From an uncultured Pseudomonadales bacterium (GTDB lineage Bacteria > Pseudomonadota > Gammaproteobacteria > Pseudomonadales > Azotimanducaceae), in contig CAZWMD010000009.1 in the NCBI GenBank assembly GCA_964634815.1, positions 45,549 through 109,548 of the forward strand: 64,000 nucleotides of DNA, given 5' to 3'. Both the position numbers and the translations under genes were made by a program. Below are positions 1 to 10,094 of the stretch, piece by piece; the first letter of the stretch is position 1, and each line of letters begins with the position of its first letter. The notes beneath the pieces are model-generated. The model was not told the DNA's origin. It was given only the letters and a program-made list of their open reading frames with translations, and searched no databases.

Positions 1-777
1 CTCCTGTTCCAGCCATTGAGCGTAAGTCCCGCCGCTTCCGGGAGCGCCCAGCATGTGCTGGGCCCCCACCTTGACGTTATCCAGAGTCAGGCTGTGAACC
101 CTGTGTTGGCCGGCCAGCTCCCCGATCATCGGTCGAGGCGTAACCGTCACGCCAGGAGCCGCGGATTCAACCAGAAACAGCGAATATTCACCTCGTTTGC
201 CTGCCATCTCAGCCAACACACAGAACCAGTTTGTTTGCGCTGTTTCGGCAGGCGCCACGTCCAACACCCAGGGCTTGACGCCATCAAGACGCCAGTAGCC
301 GCCGCCAAGGTTTGTATCAGCATTTGTATCGGCATTCGTGTCGGCAATGGGGGCAGCACGGCATTGAATCTGCGCCAAATCCAGTGCACCAGAATCTTCG
401 CCCAGAGCCGGACACCAGACCACATCACCACGGGCAATAGCAGGCAGGTGACGCTCTTGCTGCGCATAAGTCCCCACCTGCTGCAGCAACGGCCCAATCA
501 GGTCTGCCCCATGCATAGACAGCTGTGGGCCACAGACCGCGGCAAGCTCCTGCTCCCATAGCAGTCGTTGCCGTGGGCTCCAGCCTGCACCGCCAGCAGC
601 GACAGGCCACTGAGGCGTTAGCCAGCCACGGCCAGCGAGGGCATCAATAAAACGTCGTTGCTCTCGCCACTGCCTGGGTCCTGGCATCTGCCAGGCGTTG
701 GTTGGCCAGGTTTCCGCGAGAAACTGGCGAACATCCTTCAAAAAATCCCGATCTGGGGCTGTCAGCTTGAAATTCAT
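1..777 (-). CDS. acyl-CoA dehydrogenase family protein, N-terminal part (3' end runs off the left window edge)
   Basis: This gene is absent from the ORF track because it has no stop codon inside the window. My minus-strand translation from the ATG at 777-775 stays open to position 1. It reads MNFKLTAPDRDFLKDVRQFLAETWP...GGGYWRLDGVKPWVLDV...YSLFLVESAAPGVTVTPRPMIGELAGQHRVHSLTLDNVKVGAQHMLGAPGSGG. That layout matches the ACAD N-terminal and middle domains, ending in the f-dv-V-p..lG..G.G type motif. The plus-strand ORF 16..561 is its shadow. Confidence 0.6.
   Translation of the reverse strand, partial: MNFKLTAPDRDFLKDVRQFLAETWPTNAWQMPGPRQWREQRRFIDALAGRGWLTPQWPVAAGGAGWSPRQRLLWEQELAAVCGPQLSMHGADLIGPLLQQVGTYAQQERHLPAIARGDVVWCPALGEDSGALDLAQIQCRAAPIADTNADTNADTNLGGGYWRLDGVKPWVLDVAPAETAQTNWFCVLAEMAGKRGEYSLFLVESAAPGVTVTPRPMIGELAGQHRVHSLTLDNVKVGAQHMLGAPGSGGTYAQWLEQE
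310..345 (-). repeat. imperfect 12-nt tandem repeat x3 encoding (ADTN)3 inside the ACAD-like gene
   Basis: The plus strand reads gtttgtatcagc / atttgtatcggc / attcgtgtcggc. In frame on the minus strand this gives ADTN ADTN ADTN. Confidence 0.8.
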
Positions 778-939
778 TGGCACAAGTTTAACCGCAAAGG
801 CCTCTGACATTCGGTCGTCAAACACTTCTCGGACGCTTCGCACGCTGCCACTGGACAAGCGCCAACAGACCGGCCAAATTGTTGCCCATTAAAAGTCACC
901 AACAAAGAGCGCCTGGGAGCGCCCGGGAGCGACTGGCAT

Positions 940-3636
940 ATGGTATTGCGGCTATTTTCCAGGTCGTCCTCTTCTTCTGACTCTGCGGACAAAAAATCAG
1001 CGGCAAAACAGGCGGCACCACAACCACAGGTGCTGCCCGCAACAGCAACTACCGAGGAGCGTGTTGCCGCTGTTCGTAACGCGGGGCAGCCGAAAGAGCG
1101 TCAGGCGCTCATCAAGGATATCGCAGACCCCAAAGCACTTCGCGATCTGGCCCAGGAACCCGACTGTCTGGCTGCCTGTGCAGATCGGCTTGCCAGTCTT
1201 GAGTCAATAGACTCAGCACTCGAGCTGGTACGAACTGCACAATCCAGGCGCACTGCACAGCCAGCAAACAGTCTGGGCGATGCTGCGATCCAACTGGCAC
1301 TACACACGCATAACAATGAACTCCGTAGCGCCCAAATCGACGCACTGAATTCTGAGCAGTCTTTGGTTGCCCTCGAACATGCCTCACGCTCAAAAAACAA
1401 AACCTGCAATCGACTCGCCCGAGCCCGCCTGGATGCTCTGCGCAGCGCCAGAGTCCAATGCGCGGAGGCTACTGCAGAAACTCTGGAGATCGCGCAACAC
1501 GCCGAACGTCTTGAGGTTGATGCCTATTTGAGTGCGCGCTACGACGCGTTGGCTCAGAAACATCAGAGAGCGAGTGAGCACCACGCACAAAGTAGCGCCC
1601 TGCTAAGACACTTCGGTGAAACAGCGCAGGCCCTTGCTGTGATGCCGAAACCTCCAAGCGTCGTTGTCGAAGAAACTGTCACCAGCGGTCCAGATTTTTC
1701 AGAACTCGCGACAAGATTTGGTGCATTCAAGAAGTCATTGATCGAAGGGGTACAGGCTAAGGATATCGCGATTGATTTAGCTCAGGCCGCAAGCGAGTGG
1801 CGAGAAGCCATTGCTCAGGCAACGCCGGATGCACAAGCAATAGAAGAAGTTTCCAGCTGCTCCAAACTCTACGAATCAGTGCGCTCCTGCGAAACGCTAC
1901 TGGAAGAACGAAAAGCAGCAATTAGCGAGTTACTCCAAAGCGAGGCACCTTTAAAGGCGCAAGACATACAGGGACTTACCCAGGACGAACTACACACTGC
2001 GTGGCAAGCCCGTGAGTTAGCCCATAATCAAACCAGATCGATCAACGAGTTAACTAAAAACCTGCGTTATCCAGGGGCAGTGAAACAACCTGATCTTTTT
2101 GCGGCACTCGAAACGCGCAGAAGTGAACTTGCAGCGGTACAACGCGCCTGCGCAGAAAAACAAAAACCTCTGGAAACAAGCTTCGATGAACAGATTAATC
2201 AACTCGATAAAGCCATTAAGTCAGGGGAACTAAAAAAAGCCGAGTCGGCCCGCGCACAGGCATTCAAGTTGCAGGACGCTCTTCCTGGTGATGCAGCACG
2301 CGGTGCAAGAAAACGCTTTGGCAGCCTCATCGCCAGCATGCAGAACCTTCGGGATTGGCAGCACTTTGCGACCGACCCAAAACGGGAGGAACTGTGCGAA
2401 AAGATGCAGGCGCTTGCCATGCAGCCCAAAGAGCCGGACGAACAGGCGGATCTGGTAAAAGAACTACGCTCGCAATGGAACGCCTTGGGTGGAAAAGGAC
2501 CCAAGGAACTCGCCAACCGATTCGACGATGCGGCTGCTCGCGCCTTCGAACCTTGCCGCCAGTACTACGCGGAACTAGCACAAACCCGGGAAGAAAATCT
2601 AAACACACGAAAGCAGATTCTCGCGCAAGTGGAAGGGTTTGTTAATGAAACTAACTGGGCCAATGTTGATCTCATCAACGTTCGGAAAATACTTGATTCT
2701 GCACGCAGTGAATGGCGAGCGGCCTTCCCGGTTGAACGGAATGCCAACAAGAAACTCGAGAAACGTTTTCAGAGCGCTACCGATGATCTGTATGCGAGGC
2801 TCAAGGATGGCTGGGGAGAAAATCTCGCTGCAAAAGAAAAACTGGTACTAGAAGCCCAAGCGCTGCTCAACAGCGAGGAGGCTTTGCCGGCGCGACTGGA
2901 TACTGCCAAGCAGTTACAGGTACGCTGGAAAGAAACAGGGCCTGCTCCTCGCGGGCCTGACCAAAAGCTATGGAAGAAATTTCGTACAGCCTGTGATGCT
3001 CTGTTCAATGCTCGGGATGAAGAACGCTCGGCTCAGCAAGCCCAATACGCTGACAACCAAACCAAAGCCAACGCACGCCTGCAGGAGTTTGCCCAGGTCC
3101 TCGAAACCACTGAGGCCGCTGAACTAGATCGCTCACTGCTTAGTGCTCTAAAACAAGACCTTAACCAAGTCGAGCACCTGGACCGCGAGATAATTAGCAA
3201 ACTTCGTACTCTAGAAGATCGCTTCAAAGCCAAGCTTGCACTCAAAGCAGCGGCTCAAAAGATCGAGAAGCTGGCCTTGTTGCGCGCCCTGGATACCCAG
3301 GCAGCCACCGCAGAGCTCAATGGAGAAGCTGTGGCCCAGGAAGTCGTTACTCAGGATGCGTTGTTTGCTGAGCGCCGGCTGGCTGAGGCCAATGCGCATC
3401 TGGATCTGGTTATCGAAGCCGAATCCCAGGCTGGCATCGATTCACCCGCAAGCGATGCTCAAAGACGCATGGAACTGCAAGTCCAGCGACTAAACGCGGG
3501 GATGAACAGCGGCGCACGGCAAACCCTTGGGGCACTCGAATTTGCAAGGCAGTGGTGTGGGCTTCAGGCAACCAACGACTCTCAGGCGCTGCGCAGTCGC
3601 TTGTTTGCAGCAGCTGAAAAACTACTGGCGCCTTAG
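940..3636 (+). CDS. DUF349 repeat protein
   Basis: The 898-aa product is helical and rich in Ala, Glu and Gln. It carries several copies of the DUF349-type unit, for example LRDWQHFATDPKREELCEKM, LRSQWNALGGKGPKELANRFDDAAARAFEPCRQYY, ARSEWRAAFPVERNANKKLEKRFQSATDDLY and LQVRWKETGPAPRGPDQKLWKKFRTACDALF. Confidence 0.7.
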   Translation: MVLRLFSRSSSSSDSADKKSAAKQAAPQPQVLPATATTEERVAAVRNAGQPKERQALIKDIADPKALRDLAQEPDCLAACADRLASLESIDSALELVRTAQSRRTAQPANSLGDAAIQLALHTHNNELRSAQIDALNSEQSLVALEHASRSKNKTCNRLARARLDALRSARVQCAEATAETLEIAQHAERLEVDAYLSARYDALAQKHQRASEHHAQSSALLRHFGETAQALAVMPKPPSVVVEETVTSGPDFSELATRFGAFKKSLIEGVQAKDIAIDLAQAASEWREAIAQATPDAQAIEEVSSCSKLYESVRSCETLLEERKAAISELLQSEAPLKAQDIQGLTQDELHTAWQARELAHNQTRSINELTKNLRYPGAVKQPDLFAALETRRSELAAVQRACAEKQKPLETSFDEQINQLDKAIKSGELKKAESARAQAFKLQDALPGDAARGARKRFGSLIASMQNLRDWQHFATDPKREELCEKMQALAMQPKEPDEQADLVKELRSQWNALGGKGPKELANRFDDAAARAFEPCRQYYAELAQTREENLNTRKQILAQVEGFVNETNWANVDLINVRKILDSARSEWRAAFPVERNANKKLEKRFQSATDDLYARLKDGWGENLAAKEKLVLEAQALLNSEEALPARLDTAKQLQVRWKETGPAPRGPDQKLWKKFRTACDALFNARDEERSAQQAQYADNQTKANARLQEFAQVLETTEAAELDRSLLSALKQDLNQVEHLDREIISKLRTLEDRFKAKLALKAAAQKIEKLALLRALDTQAATAELNGEAVAQEVVTQDALFAERRLAEANAHLDLVIEAESQAGIDSPASDAQRRMELQVQRLNAGMNSGARQTLGALEFARQWCGLQATNDSQALRSRLFAAAEKLLAP

Positions 3637-3663
3637 GTTGCGAGATGAACCTTTGGTGGTGAC

Positions 3664-5043
3664 CTAGCCAGGCAGCAACAACTCAACGCGCGCCCCGCCG
3701 AGAGGACTTGCACCCAAAGACAGTTCGCCGCCGTAGAGCGACACAAGCTCGACAACAACGGAGAGGCCAATGCCCTGGCCTTGCTTTGCGGTGTCTCCAC
3801 GACCACCGCGGGCCAGAACCTGGGCCTGCTGATCGGCTGGAATCCCCGGACCGTCGTCGTCGAGAACAATTAACACGGCGTTCGAAGGACCGCCAACAGA
3901 AGTTTCGTCAGGTTCCAACACCCGAACCTGCACTCGGGACCTGGTGTATTTAAAAGCGTTTTCGAGAAGATTACCCAGCATTTCCATAAGATCTCGTTCA
4001 TCGCCACGAAACTTCAAGTCCTGAGAGCCCGCAATATCGATCTGCAGGCCTTTGTCGCGATAAGCCGTGCGCAGCGCCTTGCTCAATCTTTCTATCACTC
4101 TGCGCACCCCAACCAGATGACCAACCACAACAGGTCCACTTGAAACCGCGCGCGACAGCTGATGCGCCACGGTGGTCTCCATCCGATCCAGTTGATCGTT
4201 AAGCAACGAACGATCCGGGGAGGTGGGATCGCGCAGTGCGTTTCGGATCACCGCAAGCGGGGTTTTCAGCGAGTGCGCCAGATCATCAAGCGCATTGCGA
4301 TGCCGCGCCCGACTGGCGGTTTCATGTTCGACAAACCGATCCAGATTGTTAGCAAGCCCAGTCAATTCATGGGGATAATCACCACTCAAAGACTGCCGTT
4401 TGCCTGCTTCAAGCTCGGCCACTTCATCCGCCATAACACGCACAGGCCGCAGTCCGACACGAACGGCCACAATCTGCACAAGCACCATTACCAGTGCCAC
4501 CCCCAACATTCCCACCCAAAGGCTGCGACGAAACTCGTTGACCTGTACTTCAAATGGTCCGCTGTCTGCCGCCGCTCTGAACAACAGCTCCACTTCTTCA
4601 CCCCTGTCCTCCCAAATCACCGCGTAGGACAAAAAGAATCGTTTGAGACCCTGCACTCGTCCATCGTAGAAACGGAAGTCCCCCGGCGCCAGCCGGTCTC
4701 CACCAATGGAGCTGGACAAGGCCGCGAATTCAACGTCGGACAGCCGCGCAGACCGCGACATCCAGAGTTCTTCGCCGTCTGTCGTTTGAACCACCGCGTA
4801 ACGCCCAGATTCCGGCTGGGACAGAACCCCCAGGGTTGCATCGTCAGGCAGATACAGACCGTCCTCGGCTTCTTCAACCGCCCCCATTACCGAGTAGATA
4901 ACAAGCTCGAGCTGTTGCTCTGCTGCCGCCAGGTTGCTTGCACGAAACGAAGCATCCAGCACCGCTCCGGTGAGCCCCAATGACACGGCGAGCACCAGGA
5001 GCGTCAGGATGAGTAGCCGTGACTGAAGTCCTGGCTTAAACAT
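3664..5043 (-). CDS. sensor histidine kinase, PhoQ-like topology
   Basis: An N-terminal TM helix (LLILTLLVLAVSLGL) is followed by a periplasmic loop of about 150 aa and a second TM helix (LWVGMLGVALVMVLVQIVAV). The H-box is LDDLAHSLKTPLAV, the N-box is LLENAFKY, and the G-boxes are DDDGPGI and GQGIGLSVV. The gene sits directly downstream of an OmpR-family regulator. Confidence 0.85.
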   Translation of the reverse strand: MFKPGLQSRLLILTLLVLAVSLGLTGAVLDASFRASNLAAAEQQLELVIYSVMGAVEEAEDGLYLPDDATLGVLSQPESGRYAVVQTTDGEELWMSRSARLSDVEFAALSSSIGGDRLAPGDFRFYDGRVQGLKRFFLSYAVIWEDRGEEVELLFRAAADSGPFEVQVNEFRRSLWVGMLGVALVMVLVQIVAVRVGLRPVRVMADEVAELEAGKRQSLSGDYPHELTGLANNLDRFVEHETASRARHRNALDDLAHSLKTPLAVIRNALRDPTSPDRSLLNDQLDRMETTVAHQLSRAVSSGPVVVGHLVGVRRVIERLSKALRTAYRDKGLQIDIAGSQDLKFRGDERDLMEMLGNLLENAFKYTRSRVQVRVLEPDETSVGGPSNAVLIVLDDDGPGIPADQQAQVLARGGRGDTAKQGQGIGLSVVVELVSLYGGELSLGASPLGGARVELLLPG

Positions 5044-5096
5044 GACGAGCGATCAGCAGAGAATCAAGACGCACTGGGTGGCAAGCACATCACCCC

Positions 5097-5777
5097 TCAG
5101 CCCGTAGATTCTGCGGCAAACCGGTAACCCTGGCCGCGCACTGTGCGAATAGGTTTGCGCGTTCCATCGGGATCCACCTTCTTGCGCAGCCGACCGACAA
5201 ACACTTCGATTACGTTACTGTCACGGTCAAAATCCTGATCGTACAGATGATCGGTGAGTTCTGTCTTCGACACAACGCGGTCTCCGTTAACCATCAGATA
5301 CTCGAGGACTTTGTATTCAAACGCGGTCAGCTCAACCAGATCGCCGGCCAACCGAACTTCCTTTTTAGCGGTGTCCAGCTGCAAATCCCCAGCGGTCATC
5401 ACCGGAGAAGCGTGGCCTGCGGCGCGCCGCAAGAGAGCATTTATGCGCGCTGCCAGCTCTTCCATATGGAATGGCTTGGTTAGATAGTCATCAGCACCGG
5501 CTTCAAGACCACGAACCTTGTCTTGCCAATGGCTGCGCGCTGTGAGAATCAGGACCGGAAACGAACGATCTTCGGAGCGCAGCGTTTCGATAACTGCAAC
5601 GCCATCTACCTTCGGCAGGCCAAGATCAATGACCGCAGCGTCGTAGCTGTATTCGCGGCCGTAATAAAGCGCTTCTTCGCCGTCAGCGGCCTCGTCTGTT
5701 ACGTACCCCTCGCCCTTGAGATACTCAACCAGCTGACTGCGCAGCGCTTCTTCATCTTCAACAATAAGGATGCGCAT
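5097..5777 (-). CDS. OmpR/PhoP-family response regulator
   Basis: The product starts MRILIVEDEEALRSQL and contains DLGLPKVDG, KPF and a winged-helix C-terminus (RTVRGQGYRF). I placed the start at the internal ATG (residue 14 of the tracked ORF 5097..5816), which gives the canonical receiver N-terminus. Confidence 0.9.
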   Translation of the reverse strand: MRILIVEDEEALRSQLVEYLKGEGYVTDEAADGEEALYYGREYSYDAAVIDLGLPKVDGVAVIETLRSEDRSFPVLILTARSHWQDKVRGLEAGADDYLTKPFHMEELAARINALLRRAAGHASPVMTAGDLQLDTAKKEVRLAGDLVELTAFEYKVLEYLMVNGDRVVSKTELTDHLYDQDFDRDSNVIEVFVGRLRKKVDPDGTRKPIRTVRGQGYRFAAESTG

Positions 5778-5837
5778 AACTAGGCTCCTGTTCCAAAACA
5801 TTATTGAGCGAGGCAAACATTCCGCTAGCCGCCCATT

Positions 5838-6257
5838 CTAGCCATCACCGATGGTGCGTAAGGGGGGCTCGGGGGGAGCAGCAGGCGGCGCACTGGTTTG
5901 CCCACTTCGTACATACAGGGTCTTGACCCGGCCACCATCCACCAGAACGCGCACTCGATAACCCAGGGAATCGCCACGTCGGGAAGGGTTTACGGAGAGC
6001 ACTCTCCCACCAAGGAGCTTTCGCGCCCGGGCGGCGGCTTGCGCGGCACTCACGCTGGGTTGGGCGACAAAGGAGCTACGCCCTGAGGCCTCGAGTTGCG
6101 TTTCGTCTTGCGCCCGATCTCTTTCAGAGTCTGCAGCAAAAGCCGCTCCTGACAACGCGCTGCTCCAAAAGAGCAGCGCGCTGGCGGCCATCAGCGGCTT
6201 CAAATGACTTGGCCGGGCACTTCTGATCCTGAGCTTTGACGAGAATAAGCTGGACAT
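5838..6257 (-). CDS. PepSY-domain secreted protein
   Basis: The product has a signal peptide (LMAASALLFWSSALSGAAFA) and a C-terminal PepSY-like segment (AAQAAARARKLLGGRVLSVNPSRRGDSLGYRVRVLVDGGRVKTLYV). It lies immediately upstream of the response regulator/kinase pair, which is a common arrangement. Confidence 0.55.
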   Translation of the reverse strand: MSSLFSSKLRIRSARPSHLKPLMAASALLFWSSALSGAAFAADSERDRAQDETQLEASGRSSFVAQPSVSAAQAAARARKLLGGRVLSVNPSRRGDSLGYRVRVLVDGGRVKTLYVRSGQTSAPPAAPPEPPLRTIGDG

Positions 6258-6307
6258 AACTCTGCCGAACGCCCATCAGGCGAAACACGCTGATTGTAAC
6301 CCATTAG

Positions 6308-6988
6308 CTAGGGGACGGGGGTGACCGAAACGCTGACGTCCAGATACCGACCCGGGTCGTAATCAAGCAAGGTGGTGTAGGTTTCGCCACCATAGGCGTA
6401 GGCCACATCGTAACCTCTGATCCGCTCCTCAGTCCGGGTGTCAGAGACCACCTCGCAGACCTGTTCTGTGCGGTAACGCACACCAGAATAGCTGTCACTA
6501 CGACGCTCGTGATTACGCCGTGAGATATCGGCCCCAATCGAACCACCCAGCACGGCACCAACGGCGGTCCCGATCTTTTTATTGGTCTTGCCATTTCCGA
6601 CCGCATGGCCCAGCGCGCCGCCCACAATGGCACCAACAACGCCTGGCGTCCGGGAGCGGTAGCCACGGGAATAGCTGTCCCGATAGCCGTTGCTGTTCAG
6701 CCGCACCCGTTCGTTTCGGCACACCTCACGGGGCTGATAGACTTCCACCGTCTCCACTACCGGGTTGACGCTCAGTACCTCTGCGCGCTGAATCTGGGAG
6801 TCATCCTGGACGCCATGGTGATAGTTTGCCATTGCCGGGGCAGCTGCGAGAGTCAGTAGTCCAGTCATCACACAGGCAACTAACCCTGGTGTTGACCCAA
6901 GCCTAATCATTGGATCGGCCAGGGTTGCCGGGGCACCAGGCCTCGTATCTGCATGGTTTGGGCAAGTGTGGGTAGTCATGGCGAACAC
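6308..6988 (-). CDS. glycine-zipper (2TM-type) outer-membrane/secreted protein
   Basis: Glycine-zipper motifs are present: GVVGAIVGGALGHAVGNGKTNKKIGTAVGAVLGGSIGADI. The signal peptide MIRLGSTPGLVACVMTGLLTLAAAPAMA suggests the real start is the ATG at 6910. Confidence 0.55.
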   Translation of the reverse strand: MFAMTTHTCPNHADTRPGAPATLADPMIRLGSTPGLVACVMTGLLTLAAAPAMANYHHGVQDDSQIQRAEVLSVNPVVETVEVYQPREVCRNERVRLNSNGYRDSYSRGYRSRTPGVVGAIVGGALGHAVGNGKTNKKIGTAVGAVLGGSIGADISRRNHERRSDSYSGVRYRTEQVCEVVSDTRTEERIRGYDVAYAYGGETYTTLLDYDPGRYLDVSVSVTPVP

Positions 6989-7229
6989 CTCTCATGTGAA
7001 TCTGATACATCAAAAAATTCAAAAACGGCGCTGATACTCGGGCATCAGGTGATCCTAAGGTAGGCAGAACTGACTGAACCGGGAATGAATGTGGAACCGC
7101 CAGTCAAATCTCGGTCTAACTTTTAGCAATAATTGTCGGATATCAGTGCTTTTGCCGGCCCCTGGAGGCCGCTAGACTGCGCCGACAACTATTTTTCGAA
7201 TCAGTCCCGGTTTCAGAGGCTCGGTCCCT

Positions 7230-10094
7230 ATGCGCTCAAACAAGCGATTTTGCTTTTTTCCTCTCGATCAACGCTCTGCGCCCACTCCAAAGCGCCACAG
7301 ATTTCCCCGAGCCCTGCTCGGGTACGGCACCCTGGTTGGCAGTCTGCTGTTGGCGGCCTGCTCAACGAGTGAGCCCAATGTGCTCGCCACAGACTCGGTC
7401 CTTGGTTCGAGTGCCGGGAGCACTACGCCTAACACCGTTGTAAAGAGTCCTAACGATGATCGTGAGTACCGTTACATCACACTGGACAACAAACTACGGG
7501 TTCTGCTGGTTGCAGATCCAGAAACAGACAAGTCGGCTGCCGCCTTGGTGGCTTTGCGAGGCAGCTTTGATGAACCCGAAGCGCGTCCGGGACTGGCTCA
7601 CTTCCTTGAACATATGTTGTTCATTGGCACAGAGAAATATCCAAAACTCGATGGTTATCAGAATTTCCTGGCTCGCCATGGCGGCAGCAGCAATGCCTAC
7701 ACCTCGGGTGATCACACCAACTATTTTTTTGATGTGCAGCCAGAAGCATTCGACGAGGCACTAGATCGATTCGCACAGTTTTTCATCGCGCCACTTTTAG
7801 ACCCCGCTTACGTCGGCCGCGAGAAGAAAGCAGTTCATAGCGAATACCAACTGCAACTCAAGGACGACGGTTGGCGCGGATTTGCAGTGCAAAAAAAGAG
7901 CATGAACCCGGACCATCCAGGTACGCGGTTTAACATCGGTAGCCTCGAAACCCTGGATGGCGACGTCCAGAGCGATCTCATCAAGTTTTTCAATGAAAAC
8001 TACTCCGCAGACCAAATGACACTGGTACTCCTGGATCGATCAACTCTCGACAATCAGGAAGCTCTTGTTCGCGAAAAATTCAGCGCAATAAAGAACTACA
8101 ACATCGGCAAACGGGCTCCCCTACCACCGGCTATCCAAAAAGATCTGTTGCCCATCGAGGTGAGACATCAGACTCTTAAGGACACCCAGTCACTAAGCTA
8201 TAATTTCCCGGTACCAAGCCTGTCCGACCATTCAGCGACAAAGCCGGGTGTGTATATTTCAAATCTGCTCGGCCACGAAGGCCCAGGTAGCCTTTACAAC
8301 CATCTTCGTGAATTAGGCCTTGTCGAGTCACTGGGCGCCTCCGCTCAGCGATTCGATAACGAAAACTCTTTTATTAGTGTGGACATCCAGCTCACAGACG
8401 CTGGAGAGTCACAGGTAAGTGTTATTACCGAAGCACTTTTCGACTATATCGAACTGATCAAAGCCGAAGGCATCAACCGTTGGCGCTACGACGAACAGGC
8501 AGCGCTCGCCAATCTGGCGTTTCGCTTTCGCGAGAAAGGTTCAGCAACCGGACTGGTCTACAGCCTTGCCCCGCTTATGGACCAGTACCCGCCAAACGAC
8601 TTGCTTACCGGCCCACAGTTGATGCGCTCGTTTGATGAGGCGGTAATAAAGCAGTACCTCAATGAACTAAACCCTGACAACGTAGCAATCACTAGAGCAT
8701 CTAACGATCAAGTTACCGATCGGGTCGAGGAATGGTTCGAAGTACCCTACGCTCTGGAAACCACTACGGTGAAATTCCATGAAGCGTCCAATCCTGCACT
8801 AAAACTGCCTGCTCCAAACCCATACATACCAAAGCGCCTTGCTCTGGTAGAGACAACGCCAAACAATCCCACACTTTCGATCTCTGAAGCTGGTCTGGAA
8901 TTGTGGAGTGCACCTGATACCGAATTTGGCACTCCCCGATCGAGCGTGTTTTTGCAGATCTCCAAGCCTGGCGGCATACGAGATGAAGGCGACGCAGCTC
9001 GAGCCCGTCTGTACGCGAGGCTTGTGCAAGATGAACTTAACGCAGGAATTTACTCTGCCGCACTTGCAGGGCTGGGATACGGAATTAGCAGCTCGGGTTC
9101 CGGTTTCAACCTGAACGTTGCCGGTTACAGCGACAAACAACAACTACTCCTTGGCGACGTGCTCAAATCCTTCAGAAACATGGAGATCAACCAAGAGCGT
9201 TTTGAGCTTCTGAAAACCGAAATGCTGACCAACTGGCGCAATTTCAAGTCTGAGCGACCCTACACTCAGGCGTGGAATGCGCTTCGCGTTGAGCTCAACA
9301 GCCAACAATTTGCCCCAGAAGCGCTCGCTGACGCGCTGCAAAAGGTAACCCCTGAAGACCTAACTCTTTGGCGCAACAAAGCACTGGAAAAAGTGGGTAT
9401 CAGAGCGCTCTTACACGGCAATCTTGATAACAGCACCGTACAGGCTCTCAAACGCAGTCTTAAAGCCAACCTGAATCTTGCGGAAGTGCCTGCAACGACC
9501 CCGGCAATTGGTGAGATAAGCGGCACGCGCAATCAAACAGTTGACGTTGATCACGACGACTCAGCAACGGTGCTCTATGTCCAGGGCGAAAATGAAACCC
9601 ATTCGGAACAGGCCCGGTTTGGCTTGCTCAGCCAGTTACTGCGTTCTCCCTACTTTACTGCGCTACGAACTGAGCAACAGCTTGGCTATGTTGTGGCCGC
9701 AGCCAACGGTCGAATGTATAAAACCCCTGGTCTTGTGTTTATCGTGCAATCTCCGGTTGCCTCCAGCGAACAGGTGAGAGCCTCGACCATCGAATTTGTC
9801 TCTGACTACCAGAAAACAATTCTGGAAATGTCTGCTGAAGAGTTTGCTGCCGCAAAAGGTGGTTATCTCAATGAGCTGCGAGAGAAAGACAAGAATCAGC
9901 ATGGCCGAGCCGGTCGTTACTGGAGTGATTTGCTGTTCGACATCACCACTTTTGATGGTCGCGAGCGGGTGGCAAAGGAAGTGGAGCAGCTAACACAGGA
10001 ACAGATGGCTCAGGCCGTCAAAATGCTGGGAGCAAAGCTTGAGTCTGAATATTTCCAGGTCTCCAGTCCTGGCAAGTTTAAATCAGATGCCTAA
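7230..10094 (+). CDS. ptrA: M16 (insulinase/pitrilysin family) zinc protease, lipoprotein-type signal
   Basis: The inverted zinc motif HxxEH is present in GLAHFLEHMLFIGTEKYP. At 954 aa the size is close to protease III. The N-terminus carries a lipobox (LLLAAC). Confidence 0.8.
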   Translation: MRSNKRFCFFPLDQRSAPTPKRHRFPRALLGYGTLVGSLLLAACSTSEPNVLATDSVLGSSAGSTTPNTVVKSPNDDREYRYITLDNKLRVLLVADPETDKSAAALVALRGSFDEPEARPGLAHFLEHMLFIGTEKYPKLDGYQNFLARHGGSSNAYTSGDHTNYFFDVQPEAFDEALDRFAQFFIAPLLDPAYVGREKKAVHSEYQLQLKDDGWRGFAVQKKSMNPDHPGTRFNIGSLETLDGDVQSDLIKFFNENYSADQMTLVLLDRSTLDNQEALVREKFSAIKNYNIGKRAPLPPAIQKDLLPIEVRHQTLKDTQSLSYNFPVPSLSDHSATKPGVYISNLLGHEGPGSLYNHLRELGLVESLGASAQRFDNENSFISVDIQLTDAGESQVSVITEALFDYIELIKAEGINRWRYDEQAALANLAFRFREKGSATGLVYSLAPLMDQYPPNDLLTGPQLMRSFDEAVIKQYLNELNPDNVAITRASNDQVTDRVEEWFEVPYALETTTVKFHEASNPALKLPAPNPYIPKRLALVETTPNNPTLSISEAGLELWSAPDTEFGTPRSSVFLQISKPGGIRDEGDAARARLYARLVQDELNAGIYSAALAGLGYGISSSGSGFNLNVAGYSDKQQLLLGDVLKSFRNMEINQERFELLKTEMLTNWRNFKSERPYTQAWNALRVELNSQQFAPEALADALQKVTPEDLTLWRNKALEKVGIRALLHGNLDNSTVQALKRSLKANLNLAEVPATTPAIGEISGTRNQTVDVDHDDSATVLYVQGENETHSEQARFGLLSQLLRSPYFTALRTEQQLGYVVAAANGRMYKTPGLVFIVQSPVASSEQVRASTIEFVSDYQKTILEMSAEEFAAAKGGYLNELREKDKNQHGRAGRYWSDLLFDITTFDGRERVAKEVEQLTQEQMAQAVKMLGAKLESEYFQVSSPGKFKSDA

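Noticed and set aside
16-561. 181-aa plus-strand ORF at the left edge
   Set aside because: Its translation is Arg/Ser/Pro-rich low-quality sequence. The opposite strand encodes a clean acyl-CoA dehydrogenase-like frame across the whole interval, so this is a GC-rich shadow ORF.
4162-4983. 273-aa ORF antisense to the histidine kinase gene
   Set aside because: It has no recognisable motifs, a composition rich in Arg, His and Gln, and is fully embedded in a well-supported gene on the other strand. The same reasoning applies to other long antisense or alternate-frame ORFs: 14981..15388, 17975..18652, 31565..32179, 30906..31517, 33335..33796, 36134..36658, 39833..40435, 43196..43966, 46627..47157, 53852..54376 and 54216..54689.
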